DNA of 64,000 bases. Origin: an uncultured Candidatus Saccharibacteria bacterium. GTDB taxonomy: Bacteria > Patescibacteriota > Saccharimonadia > Saccharimonadales > CAIOMD01. Location: positions 452,284 through 516,283 of the forward strand of contig OY970318.1 of NCBI GenBank assembly GCA_963716565.1, given 5' to 3'. Under the pieces are notes generated by a model. The model was not told where the DNA came from. It did no database searches and saw nothing but the letters and a program-made list of their open reading frames with translations. Position numbers and translations under genes: made by a program. Positions 61,446 through 64,000 of the stretch are shown piece by piece. Numbering within the stretch: the first letter of the stretch is position 1; every line of letters starts with the position of its first letter.

Positions 61446-62288
61446 CTAAAGACCGAGCAAAGAGTTGTAGCTACTTAACAGGTTGGGCCCAAAGAGTACA
61501 ACAATTAGGCATGCCGTAATTAAAAATGGGCCAAAAGGCACCTTGCTGTCTCTTTTTAGTTTTTTGGTAAGTAAAAATGGCAAAGTAAATAACATAGCTA
61601 TAACCGATGCCATAAATAACGTTAAAAAGGCATATTCGGGTTTAGCAACAATTAGCCCAAGCAAAAAACCCAGCTTAACATCGCCACCGCCAATCCACTT
61701 ACCTTTAGATATCTGAAAAATCAACCAAAAAACGCCGCCACCAATTATTACTGCCCATATCATTCCATAGATATCGTTTAATGGACGGCCTAGAATAAAT
61801 TGCCCAGAATAAGACAGCAAAATTAGAGCCATAAGGGCATAATTAATCTTATCTGGCAAAATCATCCACTTAATGTCATAAACGGTTAGAGCAATCAGCC
61901 CAATAAGTACAGCCAGCCAGCCGATAAAACCAACGTACTGCCAACTAGCTTGCAAGGCTAATGGCCAAAATAAATATGAACCAACAAACAATAAGGCCGT
62001 GGCTAATTCGACCAGCGGATACTGCCAGCTAATCTTTTTATGGCAGTAACGGCACTTACCCTTAAGGGCAACCCAGCTTACGATTGGCATTAAATCTAAG
62101 GCCGACAAGCGATGCTGACATTTTGGGCACATAGAATGACCATGCACAATAGAATAGGCTTTATCTTTTTTCTTTTTGCTTGAAGTGTCTTGTTGGTGCA
62201 TTCGCCACACCAAAGCATTTATAAAACTGCCAAAACATAAACCAAGCAGTATAAGTATTGCTATTATCATCAACTGAAATACTAGCAC
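61446..62288 (-). CDS. pilD: Prepilin peptidase / N-methyltransferase (A24 family)
   Basis: Zinc-binding CPKCQH...CRYCHKKIS is present with multiple TM helices and the aspartyl-protease blocks (ILPD, GGGDVKL). Confidence 0.88.
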   Translation of the reverse strand: MLVFQLMIIAILILLGLCFGSFINALVWRMHQQDTSSKKKKDKAYSIVHGHSMCPKCQHRLSALDLMPIVSWVALKGKCRYCHKKISWQYPLVELATALLFVGSYLFWPLALQASWQYVGFIGWLAVLIGLIALTVYDIKWMILPDKINYALMALILLSYSGQFILGRPLNDIYGMIWAVIIGGGVFWLIFQISKGKWIGGGDVKLGFLLGLIVAKPEYAFLTLFMASVIAMLFTLPFLLTKKLKRDSKVPFGPFLITACLIVVLFGPNLLSSYNSLLGL

Positions 62289-62356
62289 AAACAGCCTTTT
62301 AAAATAAAACTAAGCCTCCATATAAGAGGTTTAGTTTTATTAACTCACCTTAGACT

Positions 62357-62848
62357 TTATATTTCCTGACAAACCGCAGTATAACCACCACCAGTTTCGA
62401 CTACGTACTGTATAGCCATTTGTCTTAGCGTGCCGTTTACCGCGGCACCGTCACTTCCACTACATCTCGCACCCTTAACAATCCTTAGAAGCCTAGCGCT
62501 AGCATCATCGGTCCCTATGGCTCCTTGAGCACCATTAGTTATTGATATATCCGTGTTACCATATTGGCTGAGATTCCCCGCCGATGCTAGAATTACCATC
62601 TTGTGCGAAGTCGGACTAGTCTCATTGGCTGAAGCAATATCCGGAAGACTGCCATTATGATTCGTTATAAACTCATTGACTGCACCACCTATGCGGGAAA
62701 CGTCGCTACGACGCTGAGTATTGCGACTATTGCGTTGCAACGCCGGTACCGCCAAAAAGACCACCAGCATAATTGCACCTACAATGGCCAGCACAATCAT
62801 GGTTTCTACAATCGTAAAACCACCTTGCCTGCTATTTAGTTTAATCAT
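62357..62848 (-). CDS. pilA: Type IV major pilin candidate
   Basis: MIKLNSRQGG/FTIVETMIVLAIVGAIMLVVF. The protein is 163 aa with a C-terminal Cys pair (C128, C160). The gene lies next to pilC and pilD. Confidence 0.75.
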   Translation of the reverse strand: MIKLNSRQGGFTIVETMIVLAIVGAIMLVVFLAVPALQRNSRNTQRRSDVSRIGGAVNEFITNHNGSLPDIASANETSPTSHKMVILASAGNLSQYGNTDISITNGAQGAIGTDDASARLLRIVKGARCSGSDGAAVNGTLRQMAIQYVVETGGGYTAVCQEI

Positions 62849-62932
62849 GTTAGCCCAACCCCCTGTTTAATTCTTATGCTTATATCTATAACTCTATAAT
62901 AGATAATATTCCCTAAGATGCAAGGGCATTTT

Positions 62933-64000
62933 CTAATTGAAGGCTTTGCCGGCCAAGCCATATATTGGCAAAAGCACCGCCACAACAATAATTAAAGCTA
63001 CAATACCCAATATAACCATTAAGGCTGGTTCGATAATGGTGGTAATATTTTTGATTTCGGTGTCGACTTCTTTTTCGTAATAATCGGCCGCCTTAGACAT
63101 CATGGCTTCGATAGCACCCGATTGTTCGCCAATTTTTATCATATTAGGCACTAATTCTAGAAAATACGGACTGCCTTCTAGGGCGCTACCCAAGCTTTTG
63201 CCGCCCTTTACTTGGTCTTTGGCTTGATCGATGGATTGTTTAACGTAAAAATTATTAACGGCATCACCGGTAATTTCTAGTGTTTGGATTAATGGTACCC
63301 CGCTGGCGACCAGTGTTGCAGCCGTACGATTAAAGCGAGCCATGTAAAACTTCATGAATAAACGGTTGATGGGTTTAACTTTAAGCTTTGCCTTGTCTAA
63401 GAAGTGCTTACCGCTGGTTGTTTTTAACCAACGACGAGCAAATACCACTAAGCCAATTATAATAACAACGAATATATACCAAAATTTAATTATTACACCA
63501 GATATACCAAGCAATATTCTGGTTACCAAAGGCATTTGCCCCGCACCCAGGCCTTCATATAAACCGCCCACCTGTGGCAAAACTCCCACAATCATAAACC
63601 CTACCGTGGCTAGCATAACAAATATGACTACCAGCGGGTAAATCATTGCCCCGCGAAGCTTTGACATTACTTCGGCATCTTTTTCTTGTTGTATTGCCAA
63701 GCGATCTAAAGCGCTATCTAGCGTACCAGAAGCCTCGCCGGCGGCTATAAGACTATCGAATACCTCACTGAACACCTTGGGATGCCTTCTTAACGATTCT
63801 GACAAACTTTTGCCGCCTTCTACACTAGCCACCACATCATCAATAACAATCTTTAATGCTTTGTTTGTTGTTTGTTGCTGAACAGAGCGCAAGCTCTGAA
63901 CCACTGGCAAACCAGCGTTAACCAAAGTAGCCAGCTGTCTGGCAAATAAGACTTTATCTTTAGATTTAATCTTGCGGGGGCTACGGTTGCCAGATTGGTC
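62933..64000 (-). CDS. pilC: Type IV pilus platform protein PilC (GspF family), N-terminus beyond window end
   Basis: The frame remains open to position 64000 (DQSGNRSPRKIKSKDKVLFARQLATLVNAGLPVVQSL...). Two T2SSF repeats and three TM segments are present. Confidence 0.85.
   Translation of the reverse strand, partial: DQSGNRSPRKIKSKDKVLFARQLATLVNAGLPVVQSLRSVQQQTTNKALKIVIDDVVASVEGGKSLSESLRRHPKVFSEVFDSLIAAGEASGTLDSALDRLAIQQEKDAEVMSKLRGAMIYPLVVIFVMLATVGFMIVGVLPQVGGLYEGLGAGQMPLVTRILLGISGVIIKFWYIFVVIIIGLVVFARRWLKTTSGKHFLDKAKLKVKPINRLFMKFYMARFNRTAATLVASGVPLIQTLEITGDAVNNFYVKQSIDQAKDQVKGGKSLGSALEGSPYFLELVPNMIKIGEQSGAIEAMMSKAADYYEKEVDTEIKNITTIIEPALMVILGIVALIIVVAVLLPIYGLAGKAFN

Overview
This 64-kb window comes from a streamlined, AT-leaning bacterium; sampled gene lines are roughly 40-45% GC. 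The gene content is class II NrdJ plus NrdR, MurT/GatD, a type IV pilus locus, a VirD4-like ATPase next to an LPXTG/DUF11 surface protein, many short hypotheticals and a single rRNA operon. This looks like Patescibacteria/CPR, plausibly Saccharibacteria, but that placement is inference only. Most of the window is housekeeping: ileS, nrdJ-nrdR, ftsZ-ftsA, map-adk-rpsU, priA-def-fmt, infB, rpsA, a 16S-tRNAIle-tRNAAla-23S-5S operon, gyrB-gyrA, infC-rpmI-rplT, RNase P RNA, murT/gatD-miaA-thrS, eight CCA-encoding tRNAs, ndk, uppP and xerC. Seven things deserve a second look. (1) A roughly 1-kb GC-rich (about 52-58%) single-gene cassette at 52.6-53.6 kb has a consensus promoter and a G4C4 terminator, sits between tRNA genes, and encodes a 292-aa protein I cannot place. 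(2) There is a family of tRNA-associated sequence modules: shared promoter/leader blocks upstream of tRNA-Val, tRNA-Asp and the ITS tRNA-Ala; copies of the tRNA 3' end about 150 bp downstream of tRNA-Asp and tRNA-Arg; and tRNA-Ile halves bracketing an intact tRNA-Ile in the ITS. (3) Three promoter-plus-terminator structured RNA units of unknown class lie at 35.6-35.8 kb, 36.4-36.6 kb and 49.6-49.8 kb. One precedes the T4SS-like operon and one precedes a divergent second NrdR-like gene. (4) A T-box leader lies upstream of thrS, and its UGGA bulge matches the U discriminator of the local tRNA-Thr. (5) Reading-frame disruptions are strongly clustered: at least 8 in gyrA, 2 in gyrB and 1 in the adjacent DUF212-like gene. 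Single disruptions also occur in ftsZ, rpsA and a small KGG-repeat gene. (6) All of these disruptions are arithmetically consistent with one-base insertions. (7) That pattern points to uncorrected sequence error, but it needs read-level confirmation. I found no CRISPR array, transposase, phage integrase or recognisable defence system.
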